Sequence record: PQ664488.1
Direction: 5' to 3' (one strand)
From: Obesumbacterium phage Ob_P
Length of the DNA stretch: 32,000 bases
Shown here: positions 20,043 through 28,464 of the stretch, piece after piece
Layout: each line of letters begins with the position of its first letter
Numbering within the stretch: position 1 is the stretch's first letter
The notes under the pieces: model-generated
The model's input: the letters and a program-made list of their open reading frames with translations, nothing else
Told to the model about the DNA's origin: nothing
Database searches by the model: none
Made by a program: the position numbers and the translations under genes

Positions 20043-21256
20043 TCTTTATCCCCATCGGCAGTGCCTTGCGGTCTACCACCTTCTTGACCAGATACACCTG
20101 TTGCAGAACCAGCAACGTTAGCAGGAATACGAATCTTATTCATCTGCTCATCATCTAAAGGTTCAAGGTTAAGCTCTTCACGAGCTTCGTTACCGGTCAT
20201 GATACCGTTATTAACCAAAGAGGTTAAATGTTTAGCCTCAGCTTCTTTATCTGGCGTCAGTGCAGCTACTTCCTTAGTGTTAGGAGTAACCTTGTAGCCA
20301 AAGAAGAAAGTAAGAGAACTAGTCAGCTTGTTCAGCATAGGAATGATAGTCATGTAATAGAACAATTCGATGTTTGGTCGAATGTTAGCATTATTACCAC
20401 CATCAAGTAGCACTTGCGGAACACCAAAGGCAAGACAGATGGATTTATTAAATCCTTCGATATCTTCCTTGAAGTCTAGATCTTTAAAAGAGGATATTTG
20501 GGAGTACGGTTTTGCTTTCATACCACCATCTAGAATCAGGACAGTAGACTGGCCCGTACTAGGATTATAATCGAGTTGTAATTCTTCTTGTTTACGCTCA
20601 CGCAATTTCTTGTTCAGGATTTCATCCGTCTCAAGAATAAGACCAATCACAGTGCCGTTATCGAGGAACTTCTCTTTAAAGTTAAGCATCTTAGAACGCT
20701 TCTCAAGAGAGTCAATAACTGTAGCAACACGAGATTGTCCAGAAATTTGGGAGTTTGTGCCACACACGTAACTGTTATCCTTTATAAAGATAATCTCATC
20801 TACGCGATAGTCTATCTGGTTATTAAATATGAATTTTTTGATAAACTTATTGGCATCTGCCTCTACTTGCATTAGTGCAGCAGGGACATGATAAAGTGCT
20901 GTGCCATCCCAATAGATGTATGCACAACCCTCAAAAAGTAGGTCAGTGACTACAAGTCTACGGAATGTGCTTATATCCATGAATGGATTAGGTCGTACAT
21001 TTAAGAGAGTGTCTAGAGTCTTTGCCTTGACGCCATTAGCGTACGTGACAATATTATATTTATCTCCGACAGTATAAGAACACTCCGCCGCACTATCGAT
21101 AACCATGTTAGCAGTTCGGTTGAGAATCTCAATCTTACTGTAGGCTTGTCCAGTGGTAAATGGCTTACGGTTAGTGCGATGACTAACGGGTTCCATGTCT
21201 CTTATAATACGTTGACCCGGATTTAGCTTTTCAGTAATCCAGCTTTTTAAACCCAT
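20039..21256 (-). CDS. Portal protein, HK97-type (405 aa)
   Basis: FKEKFLDNGTVIGLILETD...LNYNPSTG...ICLAFGVPQVLLDGGN...NIELFYYMTIIPMLNKL...EARE.LNLEPL are portal-family features. Confidence 0.92.
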   Translation of the reverse strand: MGLKSWITEKLNPGQRIIRDMEPVSHRTNRKPFTTGQAYSKIEILNRTANMVIDSAAECSYTVGDKYNIVTYANGVKAKTLDTLLNVRPNPFMDISTFRRLVVTDLLFEGCAYIYWDGTALYHVPAALMQVEADANKFIKKFIFNNQIDYRVDEIIFIKDNSYVCGTNSQISGQSRVATVIDSLEKRSKMLNFKEKFLDNGTVIGLILETDEILNKKLRERKQEELQLDYNPSTGQSTVLILDGGMKAKPYSQISSFKDLDFKEDIEGFNKSICLAFGVPQVLLDGGNNANIRPNIELFYYMTIIPMLNKLTSSLTFFFGYKVTPNTKEVAALTPDKEAEAKHLTSLVNNGIMTGNEAREELNLEPLDDEQMNKIRIPANVAGSATGVSGQEGGRPQGTADGDKE

Positions 21257-21693
21257 TATAAGAACCTTGCGAATCCTGATTTAGTTTCAGTCTTGACTTG
21301 TGTCTTTTCTTGAGGATTCTGTAGCTTTTCCTTTTGTTTAAGAACCCATGCCTTCTGCTTATTAGCAGAGAAAAGGGGAGGTTCTTTAGTGTACACCTTA
21401 TGTAATAGTTGGTGATGGTGGACACAAAGGGTAACAGTGTCATCTACTAGCTCATGCCTATATCTTTCATAGAATGCCGTCCTATTTGAGAGGACTGTTT
21501 CTTCGTCAGTGAAATCCAATTGGAGTTCTTTAGCAAATTTTTTAACTAGTAGAGACACTGTATGGTAATGATGAAGCTCTAATTCTTCACCACAACCACA
21601 GATTTCGCAGCGATCGGCTTTTTTATATTGACTTTTTATACCGTCTCGCATGAGTGATATAGCATCACGTTTATATTTTACATTTCCTGCCAC
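21256..21693 (-). CDS. HNH-family endonuclease in packaging gene block (~145 aa with re-assigned GTG start; track calls 21256..21780)
   Basis: CEICGCGEELELHHYHTV...DDTVTLCVHHHQLLH is an HNH/zinc finger signature. GTG at 21693 has a GAGGAG Shine-Dalgarno; the track start at 21780 is a TTG upstream of a promoter-like sequence. Confidence 0.8.
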   Translation of the reverse strand: MAGNVKYKRDAISLMRDGIKSQYKKADRCEICGCGEELELHHYHTVSLLVKKFAKELQLDFTDEETVLSNRTAFYERYRHELVDDTVTLCVHHHQLLHKVYTKEPPLFSANKQKAWVLKQKEKLQNPQEKTQVKTETKSGFARFL

Positions 21694-21719
21694 AGTATTC
21701 TCCTCAACTGTATGAATAT

Positions 21720-21748
21720 AGTATACATAATCATGTCGAATTTGTAAA
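21720..21748 (-). promoter_or_regulatory. Sigma70-like promoter for the HNH gene
   Basis: TTTACA - 17 nt - TATACT on the minus strand. Confidence 0.65.
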
Positions 21749-21768
21749 GGGGATTTTAAAATGCAGGA

Positions 21769-21796
21769 ATGGGATACCAACTGAGTAGTATCCCAT
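21769..21796 (-). promoter_or_regulatory. 9-bp perfect stem-loop just downstream of the terL stop (weak terminator or processing site)
   Basis: ATGGGATAC ... GTATCCCAT with 10-nt loop; no immediate U tract. Confidence 0.4.
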
Positions 21797-21807
21797 CCTA
21801 TACTTAT

Positions 21808-23124
21808 TTATTTCCCACGGGAAATTGAGTAAATTCCATAACGCAGTGCGTCACAAAGGTGAGAGTTTGCATCATGACGTGGTTTTTCACGTGATAATTT
21901 CTCTTCGCCTTCCTGGAAGTCCCACTTGTAGTTCGCTAGGGCGTGGATCAATGAGGTACATGAAGCATCTACGATGATCTTACCTTGCTGGAACAGTGCT
22001 TGCAGGCATGCCAAACCATCTAGGACAGATTTCTTAGCAGGAGCAGAAGCGATTTCATGTTCATATGCTAAGTCCTGACGGAACTGAGCAGCAGCGGAGT
22101 CTACAAATATACGATCAACATTATAACGATCTATGCAGTGCTGTATGTAGGCAGCATGTTGAGCGGTAGTCTTTTCAGCTTGCTGATATTCTTCCAGTAC
22201 GTAATAAACATCTTCATCGTAGTGATATTTAATAGTGAGAACCGCTGTAGGGTCACGATAACCAACGTCGATACCAAGCAATGTTTCAAATGCTTCATCA
22301 TCTTTAAAGAAGTGACGCATACCTTTAAGGTCTTTAACATGCTCAATAGCATTGAAGGTGTCAAAGATCTGACCTTCAAATACGGAGAAGTCAGCCTCAT
22401 ATTCTTGGCGGAAGTAGTTTTTACTAACAGTACGACGCGCTTCCTCGATATCGTTCAGGTCAGCACGTGGGTTATCACGATATGTACCGTGAATAGATAC
22501 CCAGTTAGGTAGCGTTTCGTTAAATCCTTTCTCATAGAACTCTTTGAACCAGTTACCACCACGAGGTGTAGAGATAAATAGAGCCTTAGAGTTCGGCTTA
22601 TCTAGAGTAGGACGTAACTGAATATCGAAAGCTGCACCACCAACGTCGGAAATCGCTGCTTCGTCAAAAATGATGAAGTCATATGAACGACCAACCGCGG
22701 AGTCAGCCTGCGCCGCGGAAGCCAGTTTAAAGAGTGAACCATTCGCTAATTCAATCTCTTTATCTTTGGCGTTCTCACGTTCAGTCTGTAATCCATACTT
22801 CTTAATAAGACCACGAATCTGTGACCAACCAATGTTAGCCAGTGAGTAGTTAGGCGCAACTACCAGCACCTTCACATTGGGTTCCAGAAGTTTTAGGAAC
22901 CCAAGTGTATATGCGATGAATGACTTACCTACACGACGTGATACACATGCAGTCACGAAACGGTGTCTTGGGTCTTCCAATGCATTAATAATTGCAATCT
23001 GAGGGGCATTAGGTGTAATCCCCTCTTGAGCTAGAATGCTAGAGACTGGCAGACGGAAAAATCGTTTGTCAATACCAAAGTCAATAACATCTGTGGTGTT
23101 AATATAGTCTCTAGAGACTTTCAT
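21808..23124 (-). CDS. terL: Terminase large subunit (438 aa)
   Basis: Walker-like region ACVSRRVGKSFIAYTLG, IIFDEAAI Walker B-like motif, nuclease-like GIDVGYRDPTAVL. Confidence 0.95.
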   Translation of the reverse strand: MKVSRDYINTTDVIDFGIDKRFFRLPVSSILAQEGITPNAPQIAIINALEDPRHRFVTACVSRRVGKSFIAYTLGFLKLLEPNVKVLVVAPNYSLANIGWSQIRGLIKKYGLQTERENAKDKEIELANGSLFKLASAAQADSAVGRSYDFIIFDEAAISDVGGAAFDIQLRPTLDKPNSKALFISTPRGGNWFKEFYEKGFNETLPNWVSIHGTYRDNPRADLNDIEEARRTVSKNYFRQEYEADFSVFEGQIFDTFNAIEHVKDLKGMRHFFKDDEAFETLLGIDVGYRDPTAVLTIKYHYDEDVYYVLEEYQQAEKTTAQHAAYIQHCIDRYNVDRIFVDSAAAQFRQDLAYEHEIASAPAKKSVLDGLACLQALFQQGKIIVDASCTSLIHALANYKWDFQEGEEKLSREKPRHDANSHLCDALRYGIYSISRGK

Positions 23125-23606
23125 TATCTCTTACCTCCTCCTGCTAGAGCGGTAATAAGATTCATATAGTTTTCGTCACCACTTCCAGCAATAATATTAT
23201 TCTGAATGTTAGTCTGGTTAGCTGGAGTACGGGCTGCTGCCTTCACTTTCTCCAGTTCTACCATCATTTTCATTTCTTCCATCTTCATCTTGTGCGCCTT
23301 CCAGAGAATATCCATGATATCCTGGTCAGAACCCATGCCAGTTTCTTCGAGTTCTTCCAACTTGCGCTTGATAACTTCATCAAGAACTCCGAATAAGCGG
23401 TCACGATTACGGAAGCCACTTTCCATAAAGATATCGTTGAGATAGTTTTTAACTTCCCCACGATTCATTATATCACGGAATGCAATCTCGGACATCCCAA
23501 GACTACGAGCGGCGGCAGGAACATCACTACCGCACTGTAAATAGGCTTCAATAACATCCATGCCTTCGGGAGACATGAGATCGGGAACTAATACATCATT
23601 TGCCAT
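23124..23606 (-). CDS. terS: Terminase small subunit (160 aa)
   Basis: [41 protein letters not shown]-like HTH N-terminus, immediately upstream of terL. Confidence 0.8.
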   Translation of the reverse strand: MANDVLVPDLMSPEGMDVIEAYLQCGSDVPAAARSLGMSEIAFRDIMNRGEVKNYLNDIFMESGFRNRDRLFGVLDEVIKRKLEELEETGMGSDQDIMDILWKAHKMKMEEMKMMVELEKVKAAARTPANQTNIQNNIIAGSGDENYMNLITALAGGGKR

Positions 23607-23616
23607 ATATCCTCCT

Positions 23617-25398
23617 TTAGGTTAGGCGTTGAACTGTTACACGTAGTCTTGGCAAGAAAACAGCTGCCGCTTCTGCAGCGTGAATGATAACACCCAACTC
23701 AACGTTGCCATTACCAAGGTTTTTAATAGTATAAATATATCCGTTCCTACGGAAAGCAAACTCATCTGGCCTACTAGCCCAAGTTTGTGTATAACTATAG
23801 GAAGTTGTACTGTGATAAGGGACTAGATATCCAGGTGGCAGAGTAAGAATCTGGTGGAATACACCATCACCAGCTGTATAACTTTGTTGACGTCTACCTT
23901 GTACCTGCCAAGCGCTGCCGCCGTAAGTACGCACAGGCATTCCAGCAGTATTAAGATTACCCATAATAACTTCAGTAGTTAATATAACGGTAGAGTGAGC
24001 ATTTGGTAATCCCAACCAAACTGTGGCCAAAGGTGTATAGAAGTCACCAGCACCAGGGTAGGAAGGAGTTATATCATCACCAACATAAGTACTTGCAACG
24101 TTGCCTGGAAATAACCTGAGGGGTACAGTACTAGGACTCCACACAGGTCCATGTTCATTACCGATGGAATTGGTATTAGTATCTACATACCATTGTTTAC
24201 CTACACCAAATTTATATAGGCTAATTTGGGAAGCTGCACCCCCATAGTTAACGGGCGACCACAACCCACCATTACTAGAGCCGATAAATTCACATCGTGC
24301 AGTATTATCACCAAAAACTCCGGTATACGCAGCGTTATTACCAACATACTCCATATCAGGGCGATAGCCTAAGTTTCCGAAAGCATTCTGGTTAATAAAT
24401 TTATAGCCTGTATTTGGTAGGCTAACACCTTTAATAGTAAAGTTAGATGGAGATATTAGGATATCTGAACCGGTAAATGGATTACCAGAAACTCCCATAC
24501 TACCATTAGAATAGCGCAGATTTAGCACATACCAAATAACCTTAGTTGGCGTAACGTTATACCAGTCCTGTACATATACCTTTCTAGCAGACTGAGCAGC
24601 CATATTAGAAGTAGAACCTCTACAAACATATATTTTTTCTGGGTATGCAGGAGATTGGTAAAGAACGTTTACGTTATCTGGTAGTACGCCTTTTTTACCT
24701 GCGAAGCCACGAATATTAGAACTACAAACATAAAACCAATCATGGCCTCTACCAGCAGAACCAATAGGCGCCTGCCAGTTAGGTTCCCAATAATCTGCGT
24801 TACCACCATCTAAAGGAACAGTAGAGACACCAGTTGGAAAACCCATAAGACTCCAGGCTCTGGCAATGGCTTCACCAGCAGAAACACCACCAGGTCTAAA
24901 GATCTGGAAACCAGAGGACTGTAGTAAACTGCCTCCAGAACCTTGCCGAGCAATAGATTCCTCATGACCAAGACCACCATTATAGATATAGGTACCATGA
25001 GCTAAACTATCACCGATCGCAAAAGCAGATGTTACAGATAATTCAGCACCAGCACGTGGTGGGTCTTCAAAGAATGATAAGAACTGGCCAACCTGAGATT
25101 GAGTACCATTGAGGAATCCTCTATGGGTACCATTAATCTCAATAGCAGTTAATATAACTCTACCCGGATCATTGGATTTAATATTTATAATATCCCAAGG
25201 CATCTGAGTAACAAAGTATCCATTACCTGCATTACCTAGAGCCGCTTCATAAGTCCCATCAACCAGGACGAAAGGCATATCTGAGTGAAAGATACTATTA
25301 GTATTTGGAGAGTAGTGTTCCCCAGTATCACCACCATTAGCAGCGTTTAGAGATAATACAGTTTTACCATCACTAAATTTTCCTGCGAAAAAACTCAT
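23617..25398 (-). CDS. oad: Receptor-binding tail tip protein, T5 pb5/Oad-like by position (593 aa)
   Basis: Large Gly/Asn/aromatic-rich ORF between terS and a divergent lipoprotein gene, the T5 oad-llp arrangement. Confidence 0.7.
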   Translation of the reverse strand: MSFFAGKFSDGKTVLSLNAANGGDTGEHYSPNTNSIFHSDMPFVLVDGTYEAALGNAGNGYFVTQMPWDIINIKSNDPGRVILTAIEINGTHRGFLNGTQSQVGQFLSFFEDPPRAGAELSVTSAFAIGDSLAHGTYIYNGGLGHEESIARQGSGGSLLQSSGFQIFRPGGVSAGEAIARAWSLMGFPTGVSTVPLDGGNADYWEPNWQAPIGSAGRGHDWFYVCSSNIRGFAGKKGVLPDNVNVLYQSPAYPEKIYVCRGSTSNMAAQSARKVYVQDWYNVTPTKVIWYVLNLRYSNGSMGVSGNPFTGSDILISPSNFTIKGVSLPNTGYKFINQNAFGNLGYRPDMEYVGNNAAYTGVFGDNTARCEFIGSSNGGLWSPVNYGGAASQISLYKFGVGKQWYVDTNTNSIGNEHGPVWSPSTVPLRLFPGNVASTYVGDDITPSYPGAGDFYTPLATVWLGLPNAHSTVILTTEVIMGNLNTAGMPVRTYGGSAWQVQGRRQQSYTAGDGVFHQILTLPPGYLVPYHSTTSYSYTQTWASRPDEFAFRRNGYIYTIKNLGNGNVELGVIIHAAEAAAVFLPRLRVTVQRLT

Positions 25399-25423
25399 AC
25401 AATCTCCTTCTTTAAAAATGTAT

Positions 25424-25452
25424 TTGCTTAGATCCCTCTATTTTGCTATAAT
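25424..25452 (+). promoter_or_regulatory. Sigma70 promoter for the lipoprotein gene
   Basis: TTGCTT - 17 nt - TATAAT upstream of ATG at 25482. Confidence 0.8.
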
Positions 25453-25481
25453 ATATTTATAAATTAAACAGAGGGACGATT

Positions 25482-25748
25482 ATGAAAAAGTTACTAGCCA
25501 TCGTAGTTGCAGCAGTAGTGTTGACGGGTTGTGTACCAGCTCCCGAGCCATTCTGTAAGGCATACGTGAAGTCTTATGGTCATGTTGGTGAAGAACACTA
25601 TGCTTTAGATATTCGAGAAGCACGTACTGTGGGCTACCGATTCCCTAAAACTCAGTTACGCACTAAGTTTGGGTGGTGGGATTTGTCACAGTTTGATCTC
25701 AAATATGGCGATTGCAAATTTAAACTAGAACAATCTGGTCACTTGTAA
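25482..25748 (+). CDS. llp: Small lipoprotein, Llp/Cor-like superinfection exclusion candidate (88 aa)
   Basis: MKKLLAIVVAAVVLTGC signal peptide with LTGC lipobox; divergent from the RBP gene as for T5 llp. Confidence 0.75.
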   Translation: MKKLLAIVVAAVVLTGCVPAPEPFCKAYVKSYGHVGEEHYALDIREARTVGYRFPKTQLRTKFGWWDLSQFDLKYGDCKFKLEQSGHL

Positions 25749-25822
25749 TTAGTATAAAGTAAAAAGATCTCGAAGTAAACAAAAATTTTTATTTCTGGGA
25801 TGAGGTACAGGTAGCAAACACA

Positions 25823-26137
25823 ATGCAAGATGAAGAAAAGTCCTTTCAGGAACCTGTTAACTTTGAAATAGATCCCAGGACTAAAGCAATACATGATGCA
25901 ATTAACGAAATCATTCAAGACGTCATAGAAGATACAATAGAAGACGTGATGGGAACATCCTTCTTACTAGAAGAGTCCGGCTTCGATGAAGTAATGGATC
26001 TTATCGGGACAGTCATAATGGTTCGTGCAATTGCTAGGATATTCCAGATACCAGGACTACAGGAGAAGCAAAGAGATGTCAGACGACAACAGAAGAAAGA
26101 ACAGACGCGGGGAAGTGTACGAAAGTTGGGTAAATAG
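25823..26137 (+). CDS. Small protein with acidic N-terminus and hydrophobic segment, unknown function (104 aa)
   Basis: Plus-strand ORF; Shine-Dalgarno is weak or distant. Confidence 0.55.
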   Translation: MQDEEKSFQEPVNFEIDPRTKAIHDAINEIIQDVIEDTIEDVMGTSFLLEESGFDEVMDLIGTVIMVRAIARIFQIPGLQEKQRDVRRQQKKEQTRGSVRKLGK

Positions 26138-26210
26138 TTTCGGATTCGGAACTGTATTATTCTTTATCTTTGTACTCTTTTGGTTAGCGGCTATGGCGGG
26201 GTGGTTATAA
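26076..26210 (+). CDS. Small single-TM protein (~44 aa from the internal ATG)
   Basis: MSDDNRRKNRRGEVYESWVNSFGFGTVLFFIFVLFWLAAMAGWL; ATG at 26076 better supported than track start 26025; stop overlaps next ATG. Confidence 0.55.
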   Translation: MSDDNRRKNRRGEVYESWVNSFGFGTVLFFIFVLFWLAAMAGWL

Positions 26211-26306
26211 TGGAAGTAGTAATTATTGCTTTACTAGTTGTGGTAATTATCGGGCATTAGATAACCACTTAGCTCGTATCGAACGTAAGCTGCGGGGAGA
26301 CAAATA

Positions 26307-26501
26307 ATGGATTGGTTAGGACTTATTACACTTGTAGTATGGCTTGTCTGGATTGTTGGATATATGACGTCACATCGTAATCGTATACAGCGGCTAGAGG
26401 ATAAAGTCACCCAACTGAATATTAATATGGATAAGTTACTGGACTCCCAACGTAATGATCGGGCACGTATTCACCAACTTGAGAGGGAATTAGATGTTTA
26501 G
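26307..26501 (+). CDS. Small TM plus coiled-coil protein, unknown (64 aa)
   Basis: MDWLGLITLVVWLVWIVGYMTSHRNRIQRLEDKVTQLNINMDKLL...; start overlaps the preceding stop (TAATG). Confidence 0.65.
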   Translation: MDWLGLITLVVWLVWIVGYMTSHRNRIQRLEDKVTQLNINMDKLLDSQRNDRARIHQLERELDV

Positions 26502-26739
26502 CTTTGTAGCTATCTTCATTATCGGGGTACTTGCGGGAATCTTCGGAACACTCGGGGCGATTAATAAGCATCGTGAATATATTGCGGGAGTATCGCGGGA
26601 GCTTTCGGAAAGGGAGCGGAAGTTTGCGGAGAAACGGGAGGAGTTTGAGCGAGAGTGGTCGGATGGATCTCGGGCGTCGCGTAGGAGATTTCGTATGTCA
26701 GAATCAGGAGACAAGCCGGTAGACCGGTGTTCCTCCTAA
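26494..26739 (+). CDS. Small TM plus charged coiled-coil protein, unknown (81 aa)
   Basis: MFSFVAIFIIGVLAGIFGTLG then SRELSERERKFAEKREEFEREW; overlaps the 3' end of the previous gene. Confidence 0.6.
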   Translation: MFSFVAIFIIGVLAGIFGTLGAINKHREYIAGVSRELSERERKFAEKREEFEREWSDGSRASRRRFRMSESGDKPVDRCSS

Positions 26740-26851
26740 GTTAGCGCTAATTACCAATTCTCGAAATCTCATAAGATTACACATGAAGGTGTGCCCAGAG
26801 GTTCCCTAGATGAGAATGAGTCTCATTACCGCCCCGGTACTTAGCAAGCTA

Positions 26852-26888
26852 ATAGTCACACCATGTTATCATTACACAGTGTGACTAT
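26852..26888 (+). terminator. Likely terminator between converging small-protein and pre-early blocks, possibly bidirectional
   Basis: 10-bp perfect stem ATAGTCACAC / GTGTGACTAT, followed on plus by TTTATTTTTAATT. Confidence 0.65.
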
Positions 26889-26902
26889 TTTATTTTTAAT
26901 TG

Positions 26903-27637
26903 TTAGGCAACTTTTAATTTATCAATGAATTGTTGCGGAGTGGTACTATATTCCGCGCGTTCTTCCTCGGTCATACCTTCCCAACACATTTTTAAACGTT
27001 CGGCTAGGAATTGATAATCGTTATCATCATCAAGCGATTCATCAATAAAGGTTTCACCGATCAATGTTACGCCGATTGATAGGATATCGTTAACGGCTTG
27101 AGCGTCCAGCGTTTTAAATCCAGCACTTGCCGCCGCCGATAATACACCTTTATGATCATCAATCATTGTAAAATCAGCGTTCGGGTATAGCTGTTTAAAC
27201 AGTTCAAAGTAATAAGATTTATATACTGCGTCTTTGCTGTGATATATTTCGCTAACCTTATCCGCATCAAAGTATTTATGCAAAGTATCGCGGGAAAATA
27301 CGCGAATATTACTATTTCCGCGCCCTCGCAAGCCTTGTTTGCGTAAATAAAAATAATCGCTTTTAGACATTAAGCGCGCGGTACAAATAATATTTAAAGT
27401 ATTTGCATCATTCATACATTGGCGCATATATTCAACCAACGGCAATAAAGAATCTTGCATAATTAAATCATGTTTGCAGGCTTCGCGGGAATACTTATTT
27501 AAATCCAGATTGCCAGCGTTATCAAAGCAAGGCGCTACACGATGGAAAGAATTGATGATTGTTCCGTCTAAATCCCAAATCATAACGCGGGAAATATGCG
27601 GGAAAGCGCGGGTAATATTCATATTGACTTTATTCAT
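26903..27637 (-). CDS. dmp: 5'-deoxyribonucleotidase, HAD superfamily, T5 Dmp-like (244 aa)
   Basis: HAD motif I VMIWDLDGTIINSF, later ICTARL and ADFTMIDDHKG; position in pre-early block. Confidence 0.8.
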   Translation of the reverse strand: MNKVNMNITRAFPHISRVMIWDLDGTIINSFHRVAPCFDNAGNLDLNKYSREACKHDLIMQDSLLPLVEYMRQCMNDANTLNIICTARLMSKSDYFYLRKQGLRGRGNSNIRVFSRDTLHKYFDADKVSEIYHSKDAVYKSYYFELFKQLYPNADFTMIDDHKGVLSAAASAGFKTLDAQAVNDILSIGVTLIGETFIDESLDDDNDYQFLAERLKMCWEGMTEEERAEYSTTPQQFIDKLKVA

Positions 27638-27679
27638 TTTGTTACATTCTCCATTTAAGGGATTTAGGTTAATTCAATC

Positions 27680-27711
27680 TTGCCAGCTAATTATATTAGA
27701 TTAGCTGGCAA
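27680..27711. repeat. 12-bp perfect inverted repeat TTGCCAGCTAAT / ATTAGCTGGCAA, 8-nt spacer
   Basis: Direct reading; overlaps -10 and spacer of the dmp promoter. Confidence 0.9.
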
Positions 27712-27718
27712 TGTTCAA
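27690..27718 (-). promoter_or_regulatory. Sigma70 promoter for dmp
   Basis: TTGAAC - 17 nt - TATAAT on the minus strand. Confidence 0.75.
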
Positions 27719-27725
27719 TTAACTA

Positions 27726-28118
27726 TTAGTTAGTGAGGCCATACGCTAGCGCGTCACCAATAAAGCTAAGATCTTCACCATGTACGCTAGAACGAATCCC
27801 CGCGCAAGTGTAAACCATCGCGCTAGCTTCGGGATTGCAGACCGGACACGGCTTAACAACTGCAAACGCTAGACCGGATTTAAGCGCATCAATAATAATT
27901 GTTTGCACTGTCAAAGTATCAGCGTAAACGCCTTTTGCTTTTGTATGGCTTGCCACTTTGCCGGTATCATAAGCAAAGGTAGTAACCTGCAAAGCGTCGT
28001 TATAATTCAGCAAATCGAAATTAACTTGCCCCGCCTCGACGTGATAACGTTCGCCATTAGAATAAACTAGAACGATGGAAGAAGTAGCACGATCAAAAGG
28101 AATGTTTTGGTTTTTCAT
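27726..28118 (-). CDS. Pre-early protein of unknown function (130 aa), C-terminal CPVC motif
   Basis: ORF in pre-early operon; VVKPCPVCNPEASAMVYTCAG. Confidence 0.7.
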   Translation of the reverse strand: MKNQNIPFDRATSSIVLVYSNGERYHVEAGQVNFDLLNYNDALQVTTFAYDTGKVASHTKAKGVYADTLTVQTIIIDALKSGLAFAVVKPCPVCNPEASAMVYTCAGIRSSVHGEDLSFIGDALAYGLTN

Positions 28119-28154
28119 GTTTATGACTCCAGATTATTTAATTACGGGATTAAT

Positions 28155-28412
28155 TTATTTAATTGCAATTGTTAATTGATACGGCGTTAATTCGCCGTTA
28201 TTAGTAATACTTTGATCATCTAACCATTCCATAAAGTCAGAATAATCATTAAACGTTAATACGTCATTATCACGGGTATCAACTGCAATAATACAACCTG
28301 TATTCGTCGGACTAGCCAACATATAATCGAATTGGTATACCTCGCCGCATTCCATATCATCCGGCGTTATATACTGCTTTTTATCCAGTGTTTTAGGTAA
28401 TACAATATTCAT
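28155..28412 (-). CDS. Pre-early protein of unknown function (85 aa), acidic
   Basis: ORF in pre-early operon. Confidence 0.65.
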   Translation of the reverse strand: MNIVLPKTLDKKQYITPDDMECGEVYQFDYMLASPTNTGCIIAVDTRDNDVLTFNDYSDFMEWLDDQSITNNGELTPYQLTIAIK

Positions 28413-28464
28413 TTAATAAACCTTTTATTAATGGCGGTATATTTCAACCGCCGATTAAATTTAA

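Noticed and set aside
21694-21780. First 29 codons of the HNH ORF as given by the track
   Set aside because: TTG start with no Shine-Dalgarno; this stretch contains a stem-loop and a promoter-like sequence, so GTG at 21693 is preferred.
26531-26722. 63 aa ORF nested in the 81 aa small membrane protein gene, considered as an overlapping spanin
   Set aside because: Starts at TTG, no signal peptide or lipobox, Arg/Ser-rich shadow translation.
26740-26850. Possible tRNA or Fur-box-like element (GGTTCCC, GATGAGAATGAGTCTCATTA, TACCGCCCCGGTA)
   Set aside because: No cloverleaf can be drawn; only short 5-6 bp hairpins, and match to the Fur consensus is weak.
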